Origin: Longimicrobiales bacterium | GTDB taxonomy: Bacteria; Gemmatimonadota; Gemmatimonadetes; Longimicrobiales; Gaopeijiaceae | Length of the DNA stretch: 64,000 nucleotides | Assembly (NCBI GenBank): GCA_965249725.1 | Contig: CBDFMQ010000002.1 | Span: 1,376,001-1,440,000 of the forward strand | Direction: 5' to 3' | Shown here: piece after piece, positions 62,394 to 64,000 of the stretch | Layout: the number at the start of each line of letters is the position of its first letter | Numbering within the stretch: position 1 is the stretch's first letter | Translations under genes and position numbers: made by a program | Notes under the pieces: generated by a model | Told to the model about the DNA's origin: nothing | The model's input: the letters and a program-made list of their open reading frames with translations, nothing else | The model's database searches: none

Positions 62394-64000
62394 TCGGCGT
62401 CCTCCCCTACCTGAATGGCCTTCCGCACCGCGGTACGGACTACCGCGTCGGCGTCGTTCTTCGCGGTCGCCAGCGCCTTCTGGGCCTTGGGCATGCGGAT
62501 TTTGGCCAACGCTCGCGCAGCGGATGCGCGGATCTCCGCGGGCTCCTTCCGACTGAGCAGGCCCTTCTTGTTGAGCAGTTGGTCGAGCACGTCGACCGCG
62601 TCCGCCCCACCGAGCATCCCGTAGCTCTCGAAGATCGCAATCTTCTCGCTGAGGTCGGCGTTCCGGATTTCCTTGCCCGTGACGAGAGCCTTGAGAGCCG
62701 ACGCCGCGTTGGTATACTGCATTCCCGCGAGCGCGCGCGCCGCTCCCATCCGGACGTCAGAGTCCTCGTCGCCCAACGCCGTGACCAGGCCCGAGGCCGC
62801 CCCGCTGGCGCCCAGGGTTCGGGCCGCTTCGACTCCAGCCAGGCGCACCGCCGAGTAGGGATGGCTCATCAGTCCCGCCAACTTGGGGGCAGCCTCCGTG
62901 AGGTCCATCTCCGCCACCAGACGGGCGGCGCCGGCGATGATCACGGCGTTTCCGTCCTCGAGCAGAGAGATCAGCACGTCGCGGTTCTCATCGGCGATAC
63001 CACGCACGGCCCGGCGGAGCGTCTTCTGCATGCCCGGCTCCTCCGCCTCTTCGGACGCGAAGAGCAGAATCGGAAGAGCGCCGGCGCGGAGGTACTTGAG
63101 GAGTCGCTCCAGGACGTCCACCGGAACGTCGATCGTACCGTCCTGCAAGGCGCGAACGAGCTCCTCCATGGTCTCGGGCGACGAAAGGTCGTCCAAGAGA
63201 GTGTCGCACTCCTGCTGCCTGGTCTGGTCCAGTGCTCCGGGCTTCGCCCGCGTCGCAGCTAACTGCTCGAGAACGTCGGCGGCAGATGCGACTGCCCCAC
63301 GGCTCAGGAAGTTCGGCAGGACGTCCCGCAGGATCTTGAGGATCTCTGACTGGCGCTCCGGCTTGTCGGGCTCCTCGAGTAGATCGAAGAGGGCAGCGAG
63401 GACGTCCGCTCGGAGGTCTCTCGTCATCTCTGCTTCGAGTTCCTGCTTCAGCTGCTCCTTCTCACGGGGGTCCAGAGCGTATAGAGCCGGCATGAAATCA
63501 TCCCGCCCAATCTTGGGCGCGGGGGTCTCCGTCGTGGCCGCCTCGGCGGCGGTCGCGGCCGCTGCGCCGTCCGTCGCCTCCTGTAGCACGCCGGCCAGCT
63601 CCGGGCGGTCCTCCTCCGGACGTGCCTCGGGAACCTCGACCCCGTCCGCCAATTGATCGACGTAGTAGTACTTGAAGAACTCGAGGTCCTCTTCCCACAG
63701 GATCGTCAGGAGGTCGTCGCCCTGGGCGGCCTTCAGAGTCTTGGCCTTCTGGAGCAGGCTCAACAGACGCTCCAGCTCCTCTCCCTCGACGCCGGGCAGG
63801 AACGTCACGTCCCGAACGCCATCCTTGTAGAAGAGGAAGGAAAGGGAGTCGGCTCGCGATTCGCTGCGGTAGACTTCTTCACCGGCCAATGCGAAGCGGT
63901 CTTCCTCAACCGAGACGTTGAGACCTTCGACCTCTTTCCAAAGCGCCTCGAAGGCTTCCCTCAGGCTGCTGACGAAGCGCTTATAGACCGGGTTGTTCTC
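62390..64000 (-). CDS. HEAT-repeat protein (5' end beyond the window)
   Basis: Repeated L.D.D..VR..AA.AL units; frame stays open to the window end (ENNPVYKRF...). Confidence 0.85.
   Translation of the reverse strand, partial: ENNPVYKRFVSSLREAFEALWKEVEGLNVSVEEDRFALAGEEVYRSESRADSLSFLFYKDGVRDVTFLPGVEGEELERLLSLLQKAKTLKAAQGDDLLTILWEEDLEFFKYYYVDQLADGVEVPEARPEEDRPELAGVLQEATDGAAAATAAEAATTETPAPKIGRDDFMPALYALDPREKEQLKQELEAEMTRDLRADVLAALFDLLEEPDKPERQSEILKILRDVLPNFLSRGAVASAADVLEQLAATRAKPGALDQTRQQECDTLLDDLSSPETMEELVRALQDGTIDVPVDVLERLLKYLRAGALPILLFASEEAEEPGMQKTLRRAVRGIADENRDVLISLLEDGNAVIIAGAARLVAEMDLTEAAPKLAGLMSHPYSAVRLAGVEAARTLGASGAASGLVTALGDEDSDVRMGAARALAGMQYTNAASALKALVTGKEIRNADLSEKIAIFESYGMLGGADAVDVLDQLLNKKGLLSRKEPAEIRASAARALAKIRMPKAQKALATAKNDADAVVRTAVRKAIQVGEDAE

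Overview
GC-rich bacterial chromosome segment, densely coding and mostly housekeeping or metabolic. Gene content and order suggest Gemmatimonadota, but that is an inference. In order it holds: the 3' part of dnaE2, an MBL hydrolase, gltA, an acyl-CoA ligase/enoyl-CoA hydratase pair, a frameshifted matrixin-like lipoprotein, tRNA-Leu(CAA), an amino-sugar cluster (nucleotidyltransferase, Na+/solute symporter, GHMP sugar kinase, GH109, EEP lipoprotein, aminotransferase, APC permease), acnA, nfeD-floA, a TetR-linked beta-oxidation operon ending in chorismate mutase, a frameshifted lytic transglycosylase, rplU-rpmA, rne/rng, an acyl-CoA dehydrogenase, recQ, an AtuA/carboxyltransferase/B12 acyl-CoA mutase/MeaB cluster, aarF, mgtE-ybeY-pgpH-phoH-aspS, rlmN, lepB, yqeK, rqcH, trpA and an HD-GYP/HEAT pair. 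No mobile element, prophage or CRISPR array was seen. The best leads are: (1) an otherwise intact PLP aminotransferase with two in-frame TAG codons; (2) a GALK2-like kinase inside a probable GalNAc salvage cluster; (3) an unannotated ~250-nt structured RNA with a 6S-like core; (4) a second candidate sRNA or attenuator next to the tRNA; (5) a mutase with isobutyryl-CoA-mutase signature residues linked to AtuA genes. Three single-base frameshifts indicate the assembly may carry errors, which tempers lead 1.
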